A stretch of 64,000 bases of DNA from Prasinococcaceae sp. CCMP 1430 (Eukaryota > Plantae > Prasinodermophyta). The translations under genes and the position numbers were made by a program. The notes under the pieces were generated by a model, which was not told the origin of the DNA, ran no database searches, and saw nothing but the letters and a program-made list of their open reading frames with translations. Positions within the stretch are counted from its first letter, which is position 1; each line of letters starts with the position of its first letter. The stretch is from NCBI GenBank assembly GCA_013416795.1, contig RQSC01000033.1, positions 92,583 through 156,582 of the forward strand, written 5' to 3'. Below, piece after piece: positions 1 to 10,500 of the stretch.

Positions 1-783
1 GCGCGCAGCGCGCGCGCCCTCCGCGCGGCGGCCAGCTGCCGGTCGACGTAGCCGGCGCTCTCGGCCGCCTCGGCGTCGGTCTCGTCGGCGATCTCCTCGC
101 CCAGCAGCTCCTCGAGCGTGTCCTCCAGCGTCACGAGGCCGACCACGCCGCCCGCGTCGTCGACGACCGCCGCGATGTGCGAGCGCCCTCGCTGGAAGAG
201 GTCGATCAGCGGGAAGAGCGATTCGCCCTGCGCCACGGTAGGCAGCTGGCGCATGGGCAGCGCCGAGACGGCGGCGGCGTCCTCGGGCCGCAGCATGAGG
301 CACTGCTTCACGAGGAGCACGCCGAGCAGATCGCCCGCCGCGAGCCGCGCGTCGCCCGCGCCCACCAGCGGCGCGCCGCCGGCGCCGGGTGCGGTGGGGG
401 CGCGCACCACCGGCACGCGCGAGTGCCCTTCCCGAAGCAGCCGCGTCATCGTCTCCTCGTCCATGCGCGCGTCGTCCGCCAGCAGGGTCGCCTCGGCGAG
501 CGGCGTCATCACGTCGCCCGCGCACTTCCCCACCAGCTCCAGCGCGCCCTCCACGATGAGCGTCTCGTCGGCGGTGATCCCCCCGCGCTCGCCCTCGATG
601 CCCGCGAGCGCCTTGAGCTCTGAGCGGCGGTAGCGAGTGACGTGCCCCGTGCCGAGCGCCGCGTCGAGCGCCTTGGCGAGCGGCCACGACACGGGCGCGG
701 TGAGCCGCATGAGCGCGGCGACCAGCGGCGAGGCGGCCGCGCCCACGGCCAGGCCGTAGCGCGAGCACACCGCCCGCGGCAGG
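1..783 (-). CDS. CNNM/DUF21-CBS pair metal (Mg2+) transporter-like protein, partial (N-terminal TM part not found; runs off window start)
   Basis: Minus-strand translation LPRAVCSRYGLAVGAAASPLVAALMRLTAPVSWPLAKALD...YRRSELKAL...EGHSRVPV...LFQRGRSHIAAVVD...VGLVTLEDTLEELLGEEIADETD matches the end of DUF21 plus the CBS pair of CNNM proteins. Confidence 0.85.
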
Positions 784-1127
784 TCGGGTCGGGTTTCGCG
801 GTTGCGGTCGCCGTCGCGCAGAGCGCAATGCCCAGGAATGAATGCGTCGGTCACAGTTATGCATGTATCATAGCAGCGCGCCGTTCGCGGAATTTTTTGG
901 CGGCGGCGCGGCGCTTCCGCGAATTGGGACGAGGGGGTTTGCGGGGGCGCGCGTGCGTGTGGCGCATGCGCGTGTGGCCGAACGGGGACGTGCGGACGCG
1001 CGCCGGCGGCGGGCGGCGGCAGGGCGTNNNNNNNNNNNNNNNNNNNNNNNNNNNNNNNNNNNNNNNNNNNNNNNNNNNNNNNNNNNNNNNNNNNNNNNNN
1101 NNNNNNNNNNNNNNNNNNNNNNNNNNN

Positions 1128-1305
1128 GCGCGCTCGCCCGCGCGGAGCTCCGCGGCGTCGACGGGCGGCGCGGGGGCGACGGCGTAGACGTGCACGCCGG
1201 TGAGCGGCGCGAGCGCCGCGCAGGCGCCCTCCAGTCGTGCCGCCGACACCAGGGAGGTGGTGTGCGCGTCGCAGCCGTCGCCCGCCTTGGGAGGCCCGCG
1301 CGCGA
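1128..1305 (-). other. Orphan exon-like fragment resembling the DNA polymerase delta subunit 3 (POLD3/Cdc27) N-terminal domain
   Basis: [44 protein letters not shown] fits the POLD3 pattern H-x4-V/S-x4-LE-x9-VHVY-x-V-x4-P-x-D. It is flanked by an N-gap and a (TG)n tract, and no first exon is visible. Confidence 0.55.
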
Positions 1306-1308
1306 GTA

Positions 1309-1349
1309 TGTGTGCGTGTGTGTGCGTGCATGTGTGCGTGTGCGTGTGC

Positions 1350-1408
<59 letters not shown>

Positions 1409-1460
1409 CATGTGTGTGTGTGTGTGTGTGCGTGCGTGCGCGCGCGTGTGCGTGTGTGTG
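1309..1460. repeat. Imperfect (TG)n/(TGCG)n microsatellite
   Basis: Long TG dinucleotide run interrupted by CG units. Confidence 0.95.
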
Positions 1461-1525
1461 CGCGCGCGCACGCGTTGTCAGCGCCTCGCATACGTTCACG
1501 CTCTCTCTCGCGCGCGCGCGTTGGT

Positions 1526-2764
1526 ATGCACAGAGGCGCGCACGCGCTCGCTCGCGCCCGTCGCCCCTCCCCCCCCCGCCGCGTGCGCGCGGCGTGCGCC
1601 GCGACCGCCAAGGCGGAGGGCTCGGCGGCCGAGGACGAGAGCGAGCTCGCGTGCTTCGGCGTCTTCTGCCACACGCTGTCGGCCGAGGAGGCCGTGCCGA
1701 AGACGTGGAAGAAGACCATCCGCGTGGCCGTGTCCGGCGCTGCGGGCCAGATCTCGAACCACCTGCTGTTCATGCTCGCTTCGGGCGAGGTGTTCGGCGC
1801 GGACCAGCCCATCGCGCTGCAGCTGCTGGGCTCGGTGCGCTCGGCCGAGGCGCTCGAGGGCGTGGCGATGGAGCTCGAGGACTCGCTGTACCCGCTGCTG
1901 CGCGAGGTCCAGGTGGGCATCGACCCCGAGCAGGTGTTCGAAGACGCCGACTGGGCGCTGCTCATCGGCGCCAAGCCGCGCGGCCCCGGCATGGAGCGCT
2001 CGGACCTCCTCGACATGAACGGCCAGATCTTCGTGGGGCAGGGCCAGGCGCTCAACAAGGTGGCGTCGCGCGACGTGAAGGTGCTCGTGGTGGGCAACCC
2101 GTGCAACACCAACGCGCTCATCGCCTCCAAGAACGCGCCCGACCTCGACCCGCGCAACTTCCACGCGCTCACGCGCCTGGACGAGAACCGCGCCAAGTGC
2201 CAGATGGCGATCCAGTCGGGCTACTTCTACGACAGCATCTCCAACGTGACCATCTGGGGTAACCACTCGACCACTCAGGTGCCTGACTTCGTCAACGCCA
2301 AGATCGCCAAGAAGCCCGCGATCAACATCATCGGCCGCACGTGGCTCGAGGAGGACTTCACGCCCAAGATCCAGACGCGCGGCGGCGCGCTCATCAAGAA
2401 GTGGGGCCGCAGCTCGGCGGCGTCGACGGCCGTGTCGATCGCCGACCACATTCGCAGCCTGGTGACGCCCACCCCCGAGGGCGACTGGTTCTCCACCGCC
2501 GTCATCACGGACGGCAACGAGTACGGCATCCCCGAGGGCCTCGTCTACTCGATGCCCGCGCGCTCCAAGGGCGATGGCTCGTACGAGCTCGTGCCGGCCT
2601 CGGAGCTCAAACTCGATGACCCGTGGCTCAAGGAGAAGATGGCGGCCAGCGCGGACGAGCTCTCGAAGGAGCGCGACTGCGTGAGCCATCTCATCCCCGA
2701 CTCCCCGCCTGCGGCGTGCGGCATCAACAAGGAGGAGGACACATGGATCGAGGGTGAGAAATAA
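1526..2764 (+). CDS. NADP-MDH: Chloroplast NADP-dependent malate dehydrogenase (thioredoxin-regulated); 5' end uncertain (ATG 1526, or acceptor CAG at 1531-1533)
   Basis: [76 protein letters not shown]. It has the N-terminal CFGVFC and a C-terminal CVSHL...C..GE(K) extension. Confidence 0.97.
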   Translation: MHRGAHALARARRPSPPRRVRAACAATAKAEGSAAEDESELACFGVFCHTLSAEEAVPKTWKKTIRVAVSGAAGQISNHLLFMLASGEVFGADQPIALQLLGSVRSAEALEGVAMELEDSLYPLLREVQVGIDPEQVFEDADWALLIGAKPRGPGMERSDLLDMNGQIFVGQGQALNKVASRDVKVLVVGNPCNTNALIASKNAPDLDPRNFHALTRLDENRAKCQMAIQSGYFYDSISNVTIWGNHSTTQVPDFVNAKIAKKPAINIIGRTWLEEDFTPKIQTRGGALIKKWGRSSAASTAVSIADHIRSLVTPTPEGDWFSTAVITDGNEYGIPEGLVYSMPARSKGDGSYELVPASELKLDDPWLKEKMAASADELSKERDCVSHLIPDSPPAACGINKEEDTWIEGEK

Positions 2765-2936
2765 TTTTGTAGGTGGCGGAGGAGGCGCGCAGGCACGCGC
2801 GCGCTCATTGGAAAGGGGAGAGGTGAGGGAGACACAGTGGCGCGGCAGGCGACAGCTGGCACGGGCGGGCTTGAAGCCGCCGTCGGCGACGCAAACCAGC
2901 CACCGCGCCGAGACCGGGGGCTCTGCACCTATTCAT

Positions 2937-2941
2937 TGTAA
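2937..2941 (+). terminator. TGTAA polyadenylation signal (MDH)
   Basis: Green-algal UGUAA near-upstream element in the 3' flank. The same motif follows FCF1 (14376), TML-like (18790), Lhcp (27894), DCC1-like (34541) and AlaRS (58632), and on the minus strand the VOC gene (28031). Confidence 0.6.
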
Positions 2942-3431
2942 GAGTATCTGATTCGGGTCGGGGAGGGTGGGGCGGGACGCGCGAGACCAGCCACGCGCGC
3001 GCGCTGTCGTCGGATGAGTTGCGTCTGTGTGTGGTGGTGTTTTTGAAACACCAGTTTTGTTTGTGTTGACGTCGTCGCGGGGCAGGTGTGGCCACCCGCC
3101 GCGTCGACAGGCTGAGGTCGTCGCCCGCGCGCGAGAGAGAGTCGCCCCCCGAGCGGGGCGGCGCGTGACGCCGCGTGTGCGCGTGCACGCGCGCGCGCGG
3201 ACTGTACGATACTGTAAGTGACACGCGACTCTTTTTTCGACTCACACGCACACACGCGCGCACACGCACACGCACAGACGCGCGCGTGTGTGCGACGGGC
3301 ACACGGCACTGCATGCACGCTCGCACAGGACGCGCGCTCACTCACTCACTCACTCAACAATGCTTTGTACATATGTGTGCGGATGGTGGCGGAGCGCACT
3401 GCGCACTGCGCACTGCGCACCCGCGCGACCC

Positions 3432-6270
3432 CTACTCGCCGGCCTCCGCGTGCTCGCCCGCGCACACGACGGCCGCGGGCGCGAGCTCCGCGTTGATCTC
3501 CGGCAAGGACATGCTGAAGATGTCCGCGCCGCGAGCGCACCACTGCGCGGCGGACGCGACCGCGGGAGACGAGAACGCCGCGGGCGCGGTGGGTGAGGGG
3601 TCAGCATCCGTGCCAGCACCCTCGTCCGCCCGCCCGCCCTTGACGCCCCTCTTGGCCCCCCCCTTGGCTCCCCCCCCGCTCTTGTCCACGACCTTGTCGC
3701 TGGCGCCGCCGGTGACGAGCTCCACGACGGCCTGCAGCGCGGCGTGCACGCGCGGGTGGTGCTTGACCACGTGCTTGAGGGGGCCGCCAACGCCGCCGCC
3801 GCGCCAGATGCAGTACGCGCCCTGCCGCTCGCCCTCGCACAGTATGCACTTGATCCGCATGTACCAGTTGGCCGACCTGGCGAAGGGGTGGCGCGACGCG
3901 GCGGTGTGCACCGCGGCGGCCGAGGCATGTCAGCGCCGACGTCGCGTGCGCGGGCACGCGCGCGCGCACACACATGCACGCACATTCTCGCACTCGCACA
4001 CACACGCGCGCGCGCACACACGCACACACAGACCTTGCGACGTACGGGATGCCGCCCTCGGTGGAGACCGTGGGCGCCTGCGTGCTCTCCTCGTGCAGGT
4101 CGAAGAGCGCCCAGTACGTCTGCACGCGCTTCTTGGCGTGCCACAGCGACAGGCGGCGGAGCAGCTCCGCCATGAGCTCGACGTTGGCGCGGCGGAGCTC
4201 GGCCTTGGGAATGCGGCGTCGGGGCGGGCGGGCGGCCCTGTAGATCGAGGCGGGGTCCGCGACCCTTCGACCCCCACCCACCCCACCGTCCAGCCCGCCG
4301 CCCTCGGCCTCGGGCGACGCAACACCTCCCAACCACGCACCCGAAGATCCCGCGCCCCGCCCATTGGGGTTGGGGTTGAGGGTGTTGGGGTGAGCCTCGG
4401 CGTCCGCCTCCGCCTCCGCCGGCGCGCCCGCCAGGCCCAGCCGCTCGATCAGCTGGCCGACGTTGGTGATGCCGGCGGTGAAGTCGACCTTGACCATCGC
4501 CTGGACCAGCGCCAGCAGCTCGGGGTGGTGCTGCCTGGCGTGCTTCGTCAGCCTGGCGGCGCCACCCGTCACGCTGGCGGCGAAGTCCGAACAGAAGGCG
4601 CATCGCGCCCATTGCGCGCCGTGGCCGTGGCTGTGGCGGTTGCCGTCATGGCTGCCCTCGCCCTCGCCACCGACCCCGCTGCGCTCGTCTCTGACACCGA
4701 CGGCCTCTTGTTCCTGCCCGTGGCCTCCGCCCTCGGCCTCCCGCTGCTCCCGCTGCTGCCGGTGCGCGCCCTGGTCGCGCCGCGCGCGCTTGGCGGGCCT
4801 GACGCCACTGCCGCCGCCGTTGGCGCCGGCGGCGGCGGCCTCGACGGCTGCCGGCGGCGTGGCGTCGTCGTAGAGCGCCCAGTGCGCCTGCGTGCGCCCC
4901 GACCTGTGCCAGTACGCCAGCCGGGCGGCGAGCGCGCGCAGCAGCTCGTACTGCTCGGCGCGCTTGGAGAACACCTTGCCGTCGGTCGCGTGAATGGGAG
5001 CCTTGGTCGGGTTGGCGCCGCCTGCCGCGACCGCGACGTCCCTGAGCAGCGGCTGCGGCTGAGCGAGCGCCGCCGCGACGGCCCCTGCGCCAGCAGGGGC
5101 GTATGCGCCGCCTCGCGCCCTGTTGGCCGGCATCGCGCTGAGGCCCGCCGCCGTGTCGAGGACGTCGTCGACGTAGCCCTCCGCGATCTTCAGCGCGAGC
5201 AGCAAGTCGGCGTGCTTGGTGAGCACGTGCCTTCGCGGACCGCCGCCCCACCCCTTCTTGACGTCGTACACGCCGTGTGACTTGGGGCAGTAGGCGCACT
5301 TGACGGTGCTCACGGTGCTCTCGCCCGACACCGTGGACCCCGCGTCCTCGAAGAAGGCCCAGTAGAGCCCGGAGCGGCCGCGGTTGCGCCACATCGCCAG
5401 CCGCTTGCGAAGCTCGCGCAGGCGCTCATCGTTCTTCGGCGGCAAGGCAACCCCCGCGCCGGCGGCGGGGAGAGAGGCCGCGGCCGCAGAGGGACTCGCG
5501 GCGTTGACTCCGAGGAGAAGTGGCGGCGCGGCAATTGCGGACGCGACCCCGCCACCGATGGCAGCACCGGCCGCGGGAAGAACGATCGGCGCGGCCGAGC
5601 CCGCGCCGACGCCCGCCAGCGCGAGCACGGATGGGTCCAGGCCAGCTCGGTCGAAGAGCGCCTGCGCCCGCACATGCGCCTGCGCCTGCGCCTGCACATG
5701 CGCCTGCGCCTGCAGCAGTGCCTGTGCTTGTGCCACAAGGCCAACGTTGCCGACCGCTGCGACGCTGGCTGCCTGCACCGCGCCGCTCTGTGCAGTCACC
5801 GGCGCAGGACCGTGCGCCAACAAGGACGCCCCGGGCAATACGCCACCGCCGCCGCCCGCCTGCAGCCCTGGCATGAGCGCGCCCGGCGCTGCTGCGGGTG
5901 GCAAGCCGCCAGCAGCGGCGCCAGCGAGCTGATGTGCCACCGCATCAGCGACGCCAAACGCGCCGAGCGCGCCGACGGGCTGTGCGCCCAGGAACGACGC
6001 CGCGGCCGCGCCCTGGAGCGGCGCCGGCGCGGCGCCCCCAATACCCTGGGAGAGCAGTTGGCTCGCCACAGCCGGCGCGCCTGCCTGCCCCGCTGCGGCC
6101 AGCGGCACATCCGTGATCGTCCGCGGGTGTTGCATGTGCAGCAACGCGGGTAGCGCCGGCTGGAAACTTGCTGGGGCTGGCGCAGGCAGCGCGGCGGGGG
6201 CGGCGGCCTGCGCCTGCTGAAGCGCGAGCGCCGCCAAGTCCGCGCTCTGCGCCATCGGTTTGGTTGCCAT
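3432..6270 (-). CDS. Ala/Gln-rich protein with three BED-finger-like C2H2 repeats; exons 6270-4034 and 3876-3432
   Basis: Three repeats of LxxRLxxW...W-A-x-F/Y...C-x2-C...H-x3/4-H (KCAYC..RHVLTKH; RCAFC..KHARQH; KCILC..KHVVKH). GT-AG intron 4033-3877 (phase 2) joins the third repeat in frame. Confidence 0.75.
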
Positions 6271-7252
6271 CGCCCCGCCCCAGCTCCTTGCGGCGGGCGA
6301 CGCGCCGCGGCCTCACGCGCCGCGACCTCGCGCGCCGCCCNNNNNNNNNNNNNNNNNNNNNGGGGGGGGGGGGGCTGCGCGCGCGCGCCCTCTGCCGGGG
6401 CCGCCTCGCGTGTTCGTCCTGGCGGGGACCGTACGTACCATCACATCAGATCTGGTGGTACAAAAAATCGCACGGCAGTCCCTTCAAGTCTTGGGGTCTG
6501 GCGGCGGGACGTAACGCGATGGACCACGCGAAACGAAAAGTTCAACACCCACGGGCGACTCTTTCACGCCGAGCATCACAGCATCCCATGCGGAAGCTGC
6601 CGGGTGACTTGCCTTGCTGCGGTTGGGAGCTTGAGGGGATTTTTTTTTTTTTTTTTTGCGGTGTGCAGGTGGTCGGTGTTCACGCTACGCACAGTACTCT
6701 GTACCACACACAGACAGAGGTCTCCAGCAGGATCGCCCGCCTCGCCAGGCGGATGTACGCCCCCCCCAAAGACGGCCCCGGCGCGCGCCGCTCGGCCGGG
6801 GCGCGCGAGCTTCGCCCCCGCGACTCATCCAGACTTTCGTCGACGCTTCTCGCACCGCAGCGAGTGCAGCGCGTACGTCCCTTTTTTTCTTTTTTTTTTC
6901 TTTTTCAAGATGTGTGCAGCAGGGCTGCTGTATGTAGAGTACGTATTTTCCTCTTCTTTTTAAATTTTTTTTTGAAACGTGGGTCGGCGCGTGTTCCAAC
7001 GGAGGCGAGACGTTACCGTTACCGTTCCCCGAGCGTACGAGTTCCCCGAGCGTCGGCGGTGCGCGCGGGCGCGCGCGCGGCGCGCGGCGAGGGAGGGAGG
7101 GCGAGCGGGCGAGCGGCGAGGGTGGGAGGGCGAGCGGGCGAGCATGATGGAAATCAAGGACGCGCGCATGGAGGAGCGCGTCGCGGAGATCGAGTGCACC
7201 CGACGCCGCGCCGCGCCGCGGGCTCGCGCGGATCCGCCGCGCGCGCGCGACG

Positions 7253-7309
7253 CCGCGCTCTGATTGGCCGACAGCGCCGCACGCGCGCAGTTTGCCAATC
7301 AGAGCGCGG
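7253..7309. promoter_or_regulatory. Perfect 16-bp inverted repeat carrying two opposed CCAAT boxes
   Basis: CCGCGCTCTGATTGGC (7253-7268) and GCCAATCAGAGCGCGG (7294-7309), about 240 bp upstream of the PLAT gene ATG. Confidence 0.55.
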
Positions 7310-7551
7310 AAAGAGGCGCGCGCACGCAGGATCGCGGGCGTTTGGGGGGAGGCCCCCCCATGGGGGCTCGCACGGTACTCGCCGTGCGCGCGCGCGGAGC
7401 TCGAGGAAAAACAAACACACGCGGCCGGGGGGCCGGCGAGCAGCGGGCGGCGGGGGCGCGGGGGAAGGCGGCGAGCAGGGAGGGACTCGCTCTCCCTCCC
7501 TCCCCTTGCTCCCCCACCCCTCCCCACCTCCACCCGCTTCGCCGAGGGGCG

Positions 7552-10500
7552 ATGGCGGGGCGCGCGCCGGACGCGCGGCAGCTCGCGATGATGGCCGGCG
7601 ACGCGGGGGGCGCGATGCGCACGCAGGGGTACCTGTACAAGCAGGTGCGGGGCAGCGTGGCGCGCCGGCGGCATCGCGCGCCACGGCGGCATCGCGCCCC
7701 ACGGCGGCATCGCGCGCGCGCTCCGCTGACGCGCTGCCCGCCGACGCGCGCGCGCGCGAGTTCAGTACGAGCGCGCGAGCACGCCTGGGAGTCGCGAGTG
7801 GCGGCGTCGGTGGTTCTTCCTGTCTGGCGATCGGCTGTGCTACCGCGACGCCGAGGCGGAGGACCCCGCCGACGCCTCGCTGATGAAGTACTTGCCGCTG
7901 GACCGCATCACCGTGCGTCCATTGCCAGAAGGCTACAAGCCCTCCATCGCGGTGCGCATGCTGCACTCGCACGCGGTCGTGCCGAAGAAATGGCAGGGCA
8001 TGGCGTTCTCCATCGCGTGCGGCAACCATGACCACGTCTTCGTGGCGCCGCAAGGGGCGCAGGCCGCGCGGGAGTGGGTCGATGCGATCACGCGGCAGTG
8101 GTTCAGCTGCGTGCACCACTCGCGCCGCTCGCAGCGCATGGAGCCCTCCTACGTGGACGCGCAGGAGCCTGCGCGGCTGCGCTCTGAGCTGCAGGAGCTG
8201 CGCGCGCGGCTCGCGCAGCGCGATGCGCAGCTCGCGCGCGACGGCTCCGACCGCCGCGACACGGACGCCGTGTGGCAGCAGTACCTGCTCGCCCAGGCGC
8301 GCATCAGGGAGCTTGAGGCATTGCTCGCCGCTGGCGCGCCGCCGGCGGCGTCCACCAGCGCGTCTGCCTCGTCCGGCCGGCGCTATCGCGCGGTGGTATG
8401 CACGAGCAACGTGCGCGGCGCGGGCTCGACTGCGCGCGTCTCCATCTCTTTTCACGGCGCGGGGGCTGAAAGGCCCACCGTGTAGCTGGAGGCCGGCCCA
8501 CACGACTTCGAGCGAGGCCGCAGGGACACCTTCGTGGTCGGCGCCGAAGAGCTGCTCGGCGATGCCGCGAGCAGCGCGATCGACTGCAATAGCGCGCCGG
8601 AGCTGCCGCAGGCGCTGGTGGTGTCTCACGACGGCAGCGGCGCCGCGCCCGCCTGGCACCTCGCGTACGTGGAGCTGCACGCTCTGGCTGCTGAAGACGC
8701 GGACGACGCCCCGAGCGCGCCCATGCGCTACTACGAGCTGCACGATTGGATCGGGGCCGGAAAGGGTGCCGCGAGCGAGCTCTGCGTGGGCGAGCGCGCG
8801 GTGCGCCTGCCCGCTCGCCGCGCGCGTGGCCCCCGCCCAGACGTGTACGAGCTGCGCGTGCACACCTCCGACGTGCGCGGAGCGTCCACCGACGCCTCTG
8901 TTTGGGTAGCGCTCGTGGGCGAGCGCTCTCGCACGCGGCGCGTGGAGCTTTCATCGGACGCGGAAGCGTGTTTCGTGCGCGCCGGCACGGACGTGTTTGA
9001 GGTGGAAGGACGCGACCTCGGTGACCTCTCGGCGCTGGTCATCGGCCACGACGGCCGTGGCTTCGCTCCCGCGTGGCACCTCGCGAGCGTCGAAGTGCGC
9101 TGCAAGACGCGACCGGAGATGGCGACGCTGCACTTTCCGTGCCACGACTGGATTCGCAAAGAGGGAGGTACGGCGAAGTCGTCGCCCGCGAGGGACGGCA
9201 GCCGCGCAGCGCATCGCACGCTCCCTGTAGGCGCAGCAGCGGGCGCCGAGGCGGACGGCGGCGTGTGGCGAGTGAGCGTCCAAACGTCAGACATGCGCGC
9301 CTCGGGAACCACCGCGGCTGTGCGCCTCACCATGTACGGCACGGATGGCACCGCCGAGACCGTTGCTGGGCCTTTTCTGCTAGAGAGCGGCCCCGCCGAC
9401 TTTCAGCGCGGCCGTGCAGACGACTTCGGCGTGCGCGTGCCGCCGTCCTTCGGATTTGAGGTCACACACATCAGGGTGGAACACGACAACGCGGGTCACA
9501 GCCCGGCGTGGCACCTTCGCGCCGTGGAGATCACCACCGCGAAAGGGCGCACAATTCTGTTTCCCTGCGGGCGCTGGCTAGCGGTGGGAGAGAGGGACAG
9601 CACGAAGATTTCTTTATATCCATCGGGCAGCGGCGCAGAGCTCGTGAATCGCTCAATGGAGTACGCCGTGCGACTGGTGACGGGTAGCGCGCGCGGCGCG
9701 GCAACCGACGGCATTGTGAGCGTCCGGATGGTCGGTGCGCTGGATGGCGAAAGGCACGTGCTCCATGGTGACAGAGAGTCATTCGAGCGAGGGCGCACAG
9801 ATACCTTCACTGTGAAGGATCAGCCGCTGGGCGACCTCACAGGCCTTGAGGTAGAGGTGGAGGGCGCGTCTCCCGGGGCCGACTGGTTCGTCGAGTCAGC
9901 GCGCGTGGACTGTGCGGCAACCGGCCAGGTGTGGCATTTCGACGCGGCGCGGTGGCTTGACGCGGCGCAAGGCAAGAGGTGCGTGCTTCGCACGTGCGCA
10001 GAACCGAGTGGAGACGTTGCGGCGCTTCATGTGGTGACAATAGCGACGGCCGCCGAACGAGGCGCGGGGACTCGAGCGGATGTGTCCATATCCTTCGTCG
10101 ACGCCGGCGACGATGGTGCGCACACTTCGCCGGAGCGGCTCGATGCCAAAGCAGACGCCTTCGCACGCGGAGGCGCCGATGTCTTCAAGGTGCGCCTGCC
10201 GGCGTTGCTCGACCCTGTCGCAGCGGTACTCACGCTTTCGGGCATAGAGGATGACTTCCTCGTAGACTATGTGCGCCTTGAGCGCCCCTCCGACGGCCGC
10301 TCGTGGCTCTTCCCGAGCGGCGACCGCTGGACAGGCCGCGACGGCGTTCGCACCATTCGCATTGCAGCGGGCACGCTGTCAGACGCTGCGCCAGCACAGT
10401 GTGGCGTCGTTGTGCGCACTGCGGACGCTCGCTGCGCCGGCACGGATGCGGGCATCTCGGTCGAGTTCGTGGGGGCGGAGGAGGGCGCGCGCAGCGGCCC

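Noticed and set aside
1309-1460. Repeat arrays as CRISPR or transposon ends
   Set aside because: Simple microsatellites, with no repeat-spacer structure, cas genes, TIRs or transposase.
3175-5280. 701-aa plus-strand ORF and the many Arg/Ala/Pro-rich ORFs throughout the track
   Set aside because: Stop-poor alternative frames in about 70% GC DNA, lacking recognisable domains.
7012-7029. GTTACC repeats resembling RFX X-box half-sites near ciliary-like genes
   Set aside because: No full palindromic X-box, and RFX factors are not established in green algae.
8396-8485. Possible 90-nt GTATGC...TAG intron removing the in-frame stop
   Set aside because: It would delete conserved PLAT strands (TSNVRGAGSTARVSISFHG), so it is unlikely, though not excluded without cDNA.
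8483-8485. Genome-wide TAG reassignment
   Set aside because: TAG terminates other genes here at expected positions (12265, 3432, 63314), and no other gene has internal TAGs.
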